Below, piece after piece: positions 49,385 to 62,386 of a stretch of 64,000 nt of DNA. Each line of letters starts with the position of its first letter. Positions within the stretch are counted from its first letter, which is position 1. A program made the translations under genes and the position numbers. Source of the DNA: Torpedo marmorata (taxonomy: Eukaryota); assembly GCA_977017645.1 (NCBI GenBank), contig OZ360227.1:95046001-95110000 (forward strand), written 5' to 3'. Below the pieces are notes generated by a model. The model made no database searches. It was not told the DNA's origin and saw only the letters and a list, made by a program, of their open reading frames with translations.

Positions 49385-52300
49385 CAGATCGAGGGAGCGG
49401 TCATCGTCAGAGTGGTAAGGCTTTGGCTCAACAGGCTTCAGCGAGAACAGGTAAGATGCGAGGAATAATAGGAGTTGAAGTAAGAAAGGGCCACCCTATT
49501 CGAGGAACAAAAAGGATTCAGCAGGTAGGCACAGGTAAGGGCAGGTTTTAGATATCATATATTTTGTTCCTCTAGTCATAAACAGTGGGAATGGGAGCTA
49601 AGGCAGGGGAATGCTCCTCTTGCAGAATGAGGGTCGTCAGGAAAGCCAGTAGTATCCCTGATGACTTCATCTGCGAGAAGTGCATCCAGCTGCAACTCCT
49701 GACAAGCCGAGTTAAGGAATTGGAGCTGGAGTTGTTTGAACTCCGGACCATTCGGGAGGCAGAGGAGGTGATAAACAGGAGTTACAGGGACACTATCACA
49801 CCTAGGAGGCAGGAGGAGGGTAGATGGGTGACAGGCAGGAGAGGGAAAGGGAACAGCCAGGCAGTGCAGGGCATCCCTGTGGCCATTCCCCTCAATAACA
49901 AGTATACCATTTTCGATAGTGCTGGGTGGGGGTGAACCCACAAGCCACGGTTATCAGGTCTCTGGCACGGAGTCTGGTCCTGTGGATAAGAAGGGAAGAG
50001 AGGAGAAGCGGTGAGCTGTAATGATAGGGGATTCCATAGATAATGGGACAGATAAGAGGTTCTGTGGAAGAGATCAAGTATCCCGGATGGTATGTTGCCT
50101 CCCTGGTGCCAGGGTCAGAGATATGTCAGATCGAGTTCACGGCATTCTTAGGAGGGAGGGTGAGCAGCCAGATGTTGTGGTCCATAGAGGGGCCAATAAT
50201 GTGGGTAGGAAAAGTGAGGAGGTCCTGCAAGGAGAGTTCAGGGAGTTAGGTGCTAGGATGAAGGACAGGACCTCCAGGGTTGTGATCTCAGGATTGCTAC
50301 CTGTACCACAGGCTAGTGAGGTTAGAAATGGGAAGATAATGCTGTTTAACATGTGGCTAAATACATGGTGCAGGAGGGAGGGAGGGCTTCAGGTTTCTGG
50401 ATCATTGGGCTCTCTTTCAGAATGAGAATTTATTGTCATGAACAAGTTATGAAATTCGGTGTTTTGCGGCAGCATCATAGTGCAACTAAACATTCATATT
50501 AACCATCTAACGACATTATTATAAAAAAATTATAAACAATAGTGCACAAAAAGTAAGGTAGTGTCTTTGGTTCATTGATTATTCAGGAATCTGATGGCAG
50601 CGGGGGAAGAAGCTGTCCTTGTGCTGTTGAGTGCTCGTCTTTAGGCTCCTGTACCTTTTCCCTGATGGAAGCAGAGTGAAGAGGGCATGGCCTGGGTGGT
50701 GGGGGTCCTTGAGGATAGAGGCTGCTTTTTTAAGACACCGCCTCATGTAGATGTCCTCGATGGAGTGAAGTTTGGTGCCTGTGATGTCACAGGCCGAGTT
50801 AACAACCTTCTGGAGTTTACTCTTGTCCTGGGAGTTGGCGCCGCCATACCAGGCAGTGATGCAACCAGCCAGAATGCTCTCCACGGTACACCTGTAGAAG
50901 TTTACGAGAGTCTTTGGTGACGTACCGAATCTCCGCAAACACCTCACAAAGTATAGCCGCTGACGAGCCTTCTTTGTGATTGCATCCACGTGGATGCTCC
51001 AGGACAGATCCTTGGAGATGTTGACACCCAGGAATTTGAAGTTCTTGACCCTCTCCACTACTGAGCCCTCGATGAGGACTGGGTCGTGGTCCCCTGACTT
51101 CCTCCGGAAGTCCACAATCATCTCCTTGGTTTTGCTGACGTTGGTGGGACCTGTTCCGACGGGAAGGTTTGCATCTGAACTGGAGGGGGACTTATATCCC
51201 CTATCATTACAGCTAGTGCTGCTCCAGTGGGTTTAAACTAGATTTGCAGGGGGATGGGAATCAGAGTGCCAGAGCAGATAGAGGAGGCAAAAGATGTGAA
51301 AATTGCATGCACTGTTAGAAGTCAACAGGTTCTATGTAGTGGAAATTTTCCAAAGTGCATCTATTGCACTGCAAGGAATATTATAGGAAAGGTAGACAAG
51401 CTTAGAGCGTTGATTGGCACGTGGAAATATGACATTGTGGCCATTAGTGAAACCTGGTTGCAGGAGGGGTAGGACTGGCAGCTCAATGTTCCGGGCTTCC
51501 GTTGCTTTAGACGCGATAGAACTGGGGGGATGAAAGGGGCAGGAGTGGCATTGCTCATGGAAACTATCACAGCTGTGCTCAGGCAGGACAGACCAGAGGG
51601 CTCGTCTACTGAGGCTATATGGGTGGAGCTGAGGAATAGGAACGGTAAGACCACACTCATGGGGTTGTATTATAGACCGCCCAATAGTCAGAGAATTGGA
51701 GGAGCAAATTTGTAGAGAGATAGCAGACAGCTGCAGGAAACATAAGGTTGTGATAGTAGGGGATTTTAATTTTCCACATATTGACTGGAACTCCCATACT
51801 GTAAAAGGGCTGGATGGCTTGGAGTTTGTCAAATGTGTTCAGGAAAGTTTTCTAAATCAATATATAGAGGTACCAACTAGAGAGAATGCAGAAGTATGTG
51901 TAGGGGAACATTTTGGGTCCAGTGATCATAATGCCATTAGTTTCAAGTTAATTATGGAGAAGGATAGGTCTGGGCCTTGGGTTGAGATTCTAAATTGGAG
52001 AAAGGCTAATTTTGAGGAAATGAGAGAGGATCTAGAATGTGTTGTTTGGGATAAGTTGTTTTCAGGCAAGGATGTGTGAGGTAAGTGGAGGACCTTCAAA
52101 GGTGAAATTTTGAGAGTACAGAGTTTGTTTCTGTCAGGATTAAAGGCAAGGTTAGCAGGCATAGGGAACCTTGGTTTTTGAGGGGTATTGGGGATCTGGT
52201 TCAGAAGAAGAGAGAGGTGTATAGCCAACATGGAGAAAATGAGGTACTTAAGGAGTATATTTTAAAAAAAAAAAAAAAAACAAGAAAAACTAAGAAAGAA

Positions 52301-54151
52301 ATCAGGAAGGCAAAAAAAAAGACGAGGTTGCTTTGGCAGACAATGTGAAGGAAAATCTTGAGTTTTTAGAGGTATATTAGGAGCAAAAGGATAGTAAGGG
52401 ACAAAATTGGTCCCCTTGAAGATCAGAGTGGCGGCTTTGTATGGAGGCAAAAGATATGGGGGAGATCTTAAATGTTCATCATTATTCACTCAGGAAACAG
52501 GCACAGAGTCATGGGAAGTAAGGAAAACAAGCAGTGAGGTCATGGAACCTATACAGATTAAAGAGGAGGAAGTGCTTGCTGTCTTAAAGCAAATAAGGGT
52601 GGATAATTCCCCACGGCCTGACAAGATATTCCCTTGGACCTTGAGGGAGGCGAGTGTAGAAATTGCAGGGGCTCTGGCAGAAATATTTAAAATGTCCTTA
52701 GCCACGGGTGTGGTGCCAGAGGATTGGAGGGTAGCTCACGTTCCATTGTTTAAAAAAGGCTCCAAAAGTATCTCTGGAAATTATAGGCTGGTGAGCCTGA
52801 CATCAGTAGTTGGTATTTTATTGGAAGAGATCGGATATACAATTATTTGGATAGCCAGAAACTGATAGGGATAGTCTACATGGTTTTGTGCGTGGTAGGT
52901 CGTGTTTAACCAATCTCAGAGTTTTTCGAGGAGGTTACCTGGAAAGTTGACGAAGGAAAGGCTGTGGACGTTGTCTACGTGGACTTTAGTAAGGCCTTTG
53001 CAAGGTCCCACGTGGGAGGTTAGTCAGGAAGGTTCAGACGCTTGGTATTCATGGTGAAGTAGTGAACTGTATTCAATAATGGCTGGATAGGAGAAGCCAG
53101 AGAGTAGTGGTAGATGATTGCTTCTCAGACTGGAGGCCTGTGACTAGTTGTGTGCCTCAGGGATTAGTGCTGGGACCATTGTTGTTTGTCATTTATATCA
53201 ATGATCTGGATGATAATGTGGTAAATTGGATCAGCAGAATTGCAGATGAGACTAAGATTGGAGGCATTGTGGACAGTGAAGAAGGTTTTTAAAGCTTGCA
53301 GAGGGATCTGGACCAGCTGGAAAAATGGGCTGAAAAATGGCAGATGGAATTTAATTCAGCCAAGTGTGAGGTGTTGCATTTTGGAAGGCCAAACCAAGAA
53401 AGGACGTTCACGGTGAATGGTAGGGCACTGAGGAGTGCGGTAGAACAGAGGGATCTGGGAATACAGGTACATTATTCCCTGAAAGTGGTGTCACAGGTGG
53501 ATAGGGTTGTAAAGAGAGCTTTTGGCATGTTGGCCTTCATAAATTAAAGTATTGAGTATAGGAGCTGGGATGTTATGTTAAAGTTGTATAAGACATTGGT
53601 GAGGCCAAATTTGGTGTATTGTGTGCAGTTTTTGTCACCTAACTACAGGAAAGATATCAATAAGATAGAAAAAGTGCAGAGAAGATTTACGAGGATGTTG
53701 CCCGGACTTCAGGAACTGAGTTACAGGGAAAGGTTAAACAGATTAGGACTTTATTCCCTGGAGCGTAGAAGAATGAGGGGAGATTTGATAGAGGTATTTA
53801 AAATTGAGGTGGATAGATAGAGTAAATGTAGATAGGCTTTTTCCACTGAGCGTAGGTGAGATACAAACCAGAGGACATGGGTTAAGAGTGAAAGGGGAAA
53901 TGTTTAGGGGGAACATGAGGGGGAACTTCACTCAGAGTGGTGGGAGTGTGGAACGAGCTGCCAGCTGAAGTGGTGAATGTGGGCTCAATTTTAACATTTA
54001 AGAAGAATTTGGACAGGTACATGGATGGGAGAGGTATGGAGGGCTATGGACTGGGTGCAGGTCAGTGGGATTAGGCAAAAAAAATGGTTCGGCTTAAGAC
54101 TACAATGGCAGAAGGGGCCTGTTTCTGTGCTGTAGTGTTCTATGGTTCTAT
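49385..54151 (+). mobile_element. Near full-length CR1 LINE: ORF1 (zinc finger/leucine zipper and SGNH esterase) plus ORF2 (APE, RT), frameshifted
   Basis: CSSC..CEKCIQLQLL..LELEL, IGDSI...CCLPGARV...VVHxGxNNVG, SETWL, GDFNFPHIDW, VPQGLVLGP, and a GTTCTATGGTTCTAT tail. Confidence 0.93.
50420..51142 (-). mobile_element. Rex/Babar LINE 3' fragment nested in CR1 ORF1
   Basis: 180-aa ORF (MIVDFRR...FKFLGV...ARQRLYF...FYRCTVESIL...DPHHPGH) interrupts the esterase region. Confidence 0.92.
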
Positions 54152-54649
54152 AAGCAGCTTTCATAATGGTGTGCCTGTTCAGCAGTGGGGTTTTTGTACA
54201 AAGCATATCAAAGTATTTTGGCAGTTCTGCAAATCGATCGTCTTGTGATATTTCAAGTTAGATCAAATCACTGGTAAAGATGACCAAAATGGACAGGTTT
54301 CTGGATGGAAATGTTAATTGATCTGAATTTTCCACTGAAAATATTTTGTTTCGGTTGGGAAATCCTAGCCTTTCCTGTGTAATTATGTGGAAGTTTGAGA
54401 TACTAAAGTGAAAGCAGAAGTCCCTCAATGCAGGTGAATATCACTGATGGGACGAACTGCACGCCCCCTCATCTGCTCACGGGAGTTTGTGGATCAGGAT
54501 GTAAACTTCCACATGTTTCACAATTGGGAAATCTGCATCTTGAACCTGTGCAGGTCCAGCAGTCGCATGAGCTAAAGGCATTTGTATAAACTTAAATTTA
54601 ATTACTTTAAAATTGCATTTTTGATTTGAAAATGTAGCTACCTGTTTTT

Positions 54650-54962
54650 CAAGCATACGCCTAAATCAGTGGTATACTGATCTGAACAGACAATCCTTAT
54701 GAACACCCAAGAAGGGGACGTCATCAGAGAAGAAAACAAGTATTTGTAAGCATAAACAGTCATGGTCTCTCTCCAACGTTCATTCAGAAGTACTTCTACC
54801 AGACTCAGAGCTGAAGTTGAAGCCTGAACTTAGAGTGAATTTTGTAGACTGTATTATCCTTTTTTTTGACTGACTTGTTTTTTATGACTGACCTGGGGTT
54901 TTTGGGGAAAGTTTTTCCATTTTTACATAAGGGTTGGGCACAGACTGTAATGGTCTGGGCTT

Positions 54963-55037
<75 letters not shown>

Positions 55038-55182
55038 TTTAGATAAGAATAGTGTTTATAGACGTTTATAGTGGGGTTAATTGTTGTGAAATTATATGTT
55101 TAATTGTGTTTAATAAATAGTAATTTCAATTTTACCCCTTTTGCATTGCGTCTTCTGTCGTTGCTGGTTTGATTTTGTAACA
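54650..55182 (+). mobile_element. 5'-truncated solo LTR of the Gmr1-like family
   Basis: Collinear with about 32925-33408 and ends ...TTGTAACA with no PBS after it. Confidence 0.9.
54966..55035. repeat. (AC)n microsatellite of about 35 units inside the solo LTR
   Basis: Directly visible perfect repeat. Confidence 0.98.
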
Positions 55183-56819
55183 GCTGGGAATAAGTATGTT
55201 CCTTCTACTCCTGCTGACAGCAAGCAGTAACTCAAACAAAGTCATGTGAGTGCTCATCTTGGGAGCAAATATTAATTCTGTAAAGAGAACTGGACCCACT
55301 AACTTTACCTCTGGCCCCACCCTTGTATCCAAGTTGATGCTTTGTAATTAAATGCTGATTTTGAACATTTTGATAATAGTTAGATTATACCAAAACAAAT
55401 AGCGATAAACAAAATTTATCTGTAATTGTTTTGAGCAAAACTAAGTTAGGCTAGTTTTTATTCTTGTCACTTTCATCAATGTAGCATTAATATCAATACC
55501 TTGGACCAGTTTAGTACTTCACAACCTTGCTCTTGTCTTTTTTAAAAATCTGTAAATATGTATAAAATAAAAGTAGCTTTTGAATTTCAGAGAGGCAAAT
55601 CTGTTCTTATCATCTTGTCCAACTGGACACAAAGGGAATCGACTATATGTATGAATAATAACTAAATGTCCCCTCTAGTGCATAGTCAAGTAAATCCATA
55701 ACAGTCACAATGGCATTTAATTAAGTATAAAGTGGTAATCAAACTTGGGATCTTCTAGTCTATATTACTTTAAGTTGATTGTGTTGTGTATTATTTAAAG
55801 GCTAGGAAAACATGTTTTTTTATTATTAATGAAAATCCACAGCACAAAACTTGGCTGCGGAGTCTAGCTGTTCACAAGTTAAGAATGAATTAAAATTGAC
55901 TGTCAACAAAATATCTGACATATTTATTGAAACCCTTTTCTGAATTTTGCAGAAGATTAAACAGATGGCACTCCCAGTAAGCTATACTTTACAATTCAGC
56001 ATATCTGAGCAGTCTATTATTCATGCTGTTTTGATACAAGGACCTGATTATTGCTGTTCAACATGGTGCACGGATACTTATTGAGTGTTAGTTATTACTG
56101 ACTTGTATATTGCCCTTCTCTGCTATATTTGATCTTTTTGGGGTTGCTTTTCAAAAAGAATTGCACACTCTCTAACTTTAAACTAAAAGCAATTAATTTC
56201 ACCATGCAGTGTTTTGATTTCTGAGATGGTTGGTTTTTTTTATTTTACGAGAAGAGGTTCGGCAAACTGCGCCTATGGTCAGTTGAATTGTGAAGAATGA
56301 GTGGTTATCCCAATAAAATTTAAAATGGAGCTTGTTGATAGACTCGGGATGTTGATTCCTGTGGCTGGACCATCACGAATCAGGAGCCAAAGTACAGTAT
56401 TGAAATAAGGGGCTGGCCATTCAGGAATGAGATGAGAAAAAACTTCACCCAGTTTTTATAAGAATGAAGAGTTATCTTTTTGAAATGTATATGATTGTAA
56501 ACTGATAAATGACAGAAGACATTGAGATGTTTCCACTGGTGGAAGTGTCTTGGGCAAGGGGCATAGTTGCAAGATGAGGGGTTGCTCATTTGAAACAAGG
56601 AATTTCTTCTCTGAAAAGGTGGTGAAATTTTTGTAAGGCTGTAGATACAAGATTATTGGATGCAATTAAAGAGAAAGTAGATAATTTTTTTTAAAGATCA
56701 AGGAATTGAGGGCTTTGGGAAAATGGTAGAGAAAATCAGTTTAAGCTGGAGTAATATTGTAATAGTATATTACTATATTAGCTATAGTAATACTAGCTAT
56801 AGTAATATTAAATGGTGTG

Positions 56820-57470
56820 GCAAGTTCAAGTTTATTATCTTACAATACATATACAACCAGAAAAATCAGCGTTTCTCTGGACCACGGTGCGCATACAATG
56901 CATAATAATCACATATATACATAAAGATATAATTTAAAATAAATATATACAGTATAAATATTTTGGGATGATTTACTCAGTTACAAGATACTATTCATCA
57001 ATCTCACAGCCTGCATGAAACAGCTATTTCCCAGCCTGGCAGTTCAAATTTTGATGCACCTGTACCTCCTCCATAATGGTAGTGGGTCAAAGATAACTGT
57101 GTGCTGGATGGAAATGTTCCTATAATTTTTGAGCCATATTTAAGCAGCGCTCCTGGTAAATGACATCAATAGATGAACAGGAGACCCTAGTGATCTTCTC
57201 AGCCATTTTGATGATCCTATGTATTGACTTCTGGTCCAATGCTTTGCAGCTACCATACCACGCAATGATGCAGCAATTGAACTCCTGTAAAAAGTTGTCC
57301 AGATGGAGGCTGGTAGCCTTGCCCTCCTCAACCTCCTTAGGAAGTGTAGGTGCTGCTATGCCTTTTTGACTAATGAAGGGGTGTTCTGGGTCCAGGATAG
57401 GTGGTTCTTTATATGTACACCAAGGAACTTTGTGCTCTCCACTCTGTCCACGATGCACCATGGATGTGTG
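56820..57470 (-). mobile_element. Older Rex/Babar-like LINE 3' fragment
   Basis: CCIIAWYG...IHRIIKMAEKIT...IDVIYQERCL and TFYRSSI. Confidence 0.7.
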
Positions 57471-57612
57471 GTGGAGAGGTTCCAGGCGACGTGCTCCTGC
57501 TATTAGTTTCTTGCATTGTTTTTTAAAAATTCTTCACCCAATAGGGTTGGGGAGACTAGATTACTATTTAAGACAGAAATTGATAGTTTTTTTGGTTATT
57601 AAGAAATCAAGT

Positions 57613-59668
57613 AAAAATGCTCTGATTTGATAATAAGCAAAAAGTGTTTATTATTTAATTAAACTTTCCTTTCATTCTTTGAAAAGTAATAAATTTACTA
57701 GCTTCAAAACAATCATTTATTTTCTTAATTCCCTTTTGGAACCAAATTTTAAATAATTGATTATCAACAGTAAATGGAATAAGTTTATTTTGATATAAAG
57801 GCATTTTTCGAGAATTTAACCCTTTCCCTCCTATCTCCCTATCCACTCTATTCCATATTTCTAACAAATGTTTAAAAATAGGAGAATTTTTTCCTCTTGT
57901 TAATAATAATTTAAGAATTCCATTTATAAATAACTTCTTCTTTCAAATCTTCTCCTATATTATTTAATTCTATTCTAAGCCAAGCAGAAGACTTAGCTAA
58001 ATCAATCATTTCATTAATAAATTTTAATTGAGCTGCTTTATAATAATTTTGAAAATTAGGAAGTTGTAAACCACCTATTTCATAATTCCAAGTTAATTTC
58101 TCCATACCTACTCTAGCCAATTTTCCTTTCCACAAAAACTTCCTAATAATTAAATTTAAATCTTTAAAGAATTTCTGAGGAATTTCATAAGGAATTGATT
58201 GAAAAAGATATGAATTCTTGGAAAGACATTCATTTTAATACAATTTACCCTTCCTATTAAAGTTATAGGTAAATCCTTCCAACTTTCTAAATCTTTTTTA
58301 ATTTTCATAAATAATGGTAAATAATTTAATTTATATAAATTAGCTAATTTTATATGTCTTTATTCCCAAATATTTAATTCCTTCCTTTGACCATTTAAAT
58401 TGTGTAATTTCTTTACATTTACTATAATCCCCTTGTGTCAATGCCATAATTTCACTTTTATCAGAATTAATCTTATAACCAGATATCTCCCCGTATTCTT
58501 TCAATAAAACATTCAATTGTATTAAAGAATTAATGGGTTTTGTCATATAAATCAATACATCATCTGCAAATAAACTAATTTTATGCTCTTCTCTTCCAAC
58601 TTTAATACCTACAATCTTAATATCTTGTCTAATTAATTCTGCCAAAGGTTCTATTGCTAAAATAAACAATGCTGGCGACAAAGGACATCCTTGTCTAGTC
58701 GACCTAGTTGAAAGGTTGGGTTATAGTTTGACTTTACCAAGACAAAGTGAACTGGAATTATTAGTTACTCATGGAGGTGTAAATAAATTTATTTCTCAAA
58801 TGTATAGATTGTTACAGAGAAAAATGCCTAAAGTAGGAATTCACAAATCAAGATTAAAATGGGAATCAGATCTGATTGTAACAATAAATGAACATTAGAA
58901 AGAATTATGTAAACTAAGTATGATAAAGATTATTAACGTTAGATATAGACTAGTGCAATATAATTTTTTTCATCAATTATATTTAACACCTAAAAATTAA
59001 AGAAATTTAATCTGACATTATCTGGTTTATGTTTTAGATGTAATATAGAGGAAGGTTCTTTTGTACATTCTACATGGCTTTGTCCAAAGATATATGATTT
59101 TTGGTTGAAAGTTAAAAAGTTTTTAGATAAAGTATTAAGAATTACACTCCCAATGGACCCTATGATATTTTTGTTTGGAGATATTAAAAGAATTATTATT
59201 AAGATGAAATTAAATATGTATCAAATAGAATTTTTGCGAATTGCTTTAGCTGTTTCTAAGAAATGCATTGCTATTACATGGAAATCTGATGTAGATTTAG
59301 GGTTAGATAGATGGCATGCAGAACTTCGTTCAGCTATACCACTTGAAAAAATTACTTATAATTTTCGTAATAAATATCATTTATTTTTAAAAATATGGAG
59401 CCCATATATAAAAACTGTTGGTTTAAGGATTTGAAGATCTCTGGATATCAGATCTGACTGGTGAACCTATCCTCCACAATAAAATTAGTTTATAGTTGTT
59501 CTTTTTAGATTGACATTCTCCTTATTTTATCTTTTTCTTTCTTCCTTTTCTATTTTAGTAGATTAGTAGGGGTGGGGGGGTGAAAATGTATCACATGTAT
59601 TTTGATAATTTTGCATTTTATATAGTGTATTGTGTGATTTAAAAATTGTAAATAAAATATAAAAAAAA
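57613..59668 (+). mobile_element. 5'-inverted L1 (twin-priming structure)
   Basis: The minus segment 58707-57613 runs RQGCPLSP, FADD...AYYQIRAFL. The plus segment from about 58705 resumes LVERLG...ISQMY through poly(A). TSD AAGAAATCAAGT at 57601-57612 and 59669-59680, at TT|AAGAAA. Confidence 0.93.
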
Positions 59669-60344
59669 AAGAAATCAAGTTGAATTTAGTGCAAAGCAAT
59701 GGTGCTGAGGTAAAAGGTGATCCCTAATCTTGATGAATGGTACTTCAACTTCAATGTCTTATGTTCTAATGTTCTTATTTTTATAAAATGTAATTTCATT
59801 TGACTTATCGTGATTATCAATTTGTTTCTTCGCCTAATTGTTTGTAAAAGATATTTCTTGTTGATTATGTGCTAAGGAAACCTCATGGCTAAAGTATAGG
59901 TAGATTTTCCACGTTTCTCTGGGGTGCGTGGAGGCACTCAGCTCAAATCTGACCTGCTGAATGTCTTGCTTCCATGCTGTATGTCTCTGTCTCTTTGACT
60001 GTAAAATGTTGCTGTGCTCTCATTGCTTTGTATGTGATTCTGAGTCTGAATGTGATGCTCTAATTATTTGATGGGTCTTAGTAGTGAGTTGATAAATGTA
60101 TCAAAAATGTTTAGAAAATATGTTTCATTAGAAAGGTGGAATTTAAAGATTTTCAAAATGTATGGATGAATTTCAAAAATATGTGAATCGTTTCAAATAC
60201 TGTATTTATATTTGGATATTTCTGCCACTGTCATTGGTGGTAGAAATGTCCCATGTAGTTTTAAATATTTATTCAAAAAATATATAATGGGGATGAATAG
60301 CCTGGAGAGTATGCGAAACTAAGTTTTTCACTATCTCATTAGAC

Positions 60345-61019
60345 TTCAGAATCAGATTCAGAATTTATTGTCATGAACAAGTCATGGAATTCGGTGTTTT
60401 GCGGCAGCATCATAGTGCAAACATTCATATTAATACCATCTTACGACATTACTATTGAAAACATATATAAATAATAGTGCACGAAAAGTAAGTCAGTGTC
60501 TTTGGTTCATTGATTATTCAGGAATCTGATGGCAGCGGGGAAGAAGCTGTCCTTGTGCCATTGAGTGCTCGACTTTAGGCTCCTGTACCTTTTTCCGATG
60601 GTAGCAGAGTGAAGAGGGCATGGCCTGGGTGGTGGGGGTCTTTGGGGATAGAGGCTGCTTTTTTAAGACACCGTCTCGTGTAGATGTCCTCGATGGAGTG
60701 AAGTTTGGTGCCTGTGATGTCACAGGCCGAGTTAACAACCCTCTGGAGTTTATTCTTGTCCTGAGAGTTGGCGCCTCCATACCAGGCAGTGATGCAACCA
60801 GCCAGAATGCTCTCCACGGTACACCTGTAGAAGTTTACGAGAGTCTTCGGTGACATACCGAATCTCCTCAGACACCTCACAAAGTATAGCCGCTGGTGAG
60901 CCTTCTTTGTGATTGCATCAACGTGGAGGCTCCAGGACAGATCCTCGGAGATGTTGACACCCAGGAATTTGAAGTTTTACCCTCTCCACTACTGAGCCCT
61001 CGATGAGGACTGGGTCGTG
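60345..61019 (-). mobile_element. Rex/Babar LINE 3' fragment, same young family as 50420-51142
   Basis: Near-identical ORF (FYRCTVESILAGCITAWYGG...) and a microsatellite-like tail. Confidence 0.92.
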
Positions 61020-61829
61020 TTATAGATGTTATAAACTAAATTATAGATGAATATTGAAAGAATGTCCCATGTTTTGTTTAATGGTTTTGGAATGTAAACA
61101 TTATTAAGTAGATGAAACATGAATTACAAAAATAAATGGATTTATTTAACTATTTTGTTTTATTCTTAAAACAAACATGCAAGTTGCTGTTTAGTTATAG
61201 CTGAAAAAAACAGTGCACGTCTTTATGACAACACTGGGATGAAAATGCCATTTATGATTAAATGGTACCAGCTACTGTGTTTGTAAATTAGGCTAACAGT
61301 TGTTGCTGTGTGTCATGTAGATTTTGCCAATTTTTATATTAGTCTTGGTTACTCCATGCATGTAAGGAAGCATGATTAGTATTTTGATGAAGCCAATATC
61401 CATCTGGAAGGAGAAACATTTCTAGGCATTTGTGCACTATCTCATCTTTTGATGTCTAACTGTGATTGAGATTAAGATTTGATCCAAACATGACCAGTTA
61501 TTTTGATAATTATAATGGAAAATGTGGCACTGTGTGAAAGCTCAGTTCATTTTAATTTCTAAATTCATCTAATTTTCAGTAACATAACACACAGAAATAT
61601 ATTTATGTAATGTGCACAGTTTATCCTGCAGACTACAAACCATAAAACCAAGCAGAAAATGTTTTCATTATGGAATGTGGAAATTTCACTAATTGAAGAA
61701 TGAAACTTTTAATAACATTGGAATTTAATAGAATGATTCATTTTTGGAAAACCGAAATCAATTATTTTTTTCAGTCACTGAATTGCCGGACTGCTGCTGA
61801 TCTAATCAATAAATATGGGAAGGTAATGT

Positions 61830-62386
61830 CATTGTGAAGAAAGCACGTCAGTGCCTCTACTTCCTCAGGAGTTTGCGGCGGTTTGGTATGTCATTAGAAA
61901 CCTTGGCAAGCTTTCCAGATGTGTGCTGACCGGCTGCATCATGGCCTGGTATGGGGGCGCCAATACCTCTGAGCGGAAAGCCCTGCAAAAAGTAGTGGAC
62001 ACAGTCCAGTACATCACAGGCAAAACTCTCCCCACCACCGAGAACATCTACAGGGAACTCTGCCATCGGAGAGCAGCAACAATCATCAAGGATCCACACC
62101 ACCCAAGGAACAGTTTTTACCCTTCAACCATCAGACTCCTTAGCAGACTGAATCAGATACTCATTTAAGGACTCTTACTTTGCATATTATTTTAATGTTT
62201 TTCGGTATTGGACAGTCAGTTTGTTTACATTTTCTTTTGTTTACAGTTCTCTTTGTTTACATTTCCTTCTTGAATACAGTTTATAGTTACAGATGATTAG
62301 AAATTCTGCCTGGCCCGCAAGAAAAAATATCTCAGGGTTGTTTGTGATATCATGTATGTGTTGACAATCAATTTTGAATTTTGAAA
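61830..62386 (+). mobile_element. Rex/Babar LINE 3' fragment, different subfamily
   Basis: KKARQCLYFLRSLRRFG, LTGCIMAWYGG...KDPHHP..NSFYPSTIRLL, and a TTTTGAA tail. Confidence 0.85.
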
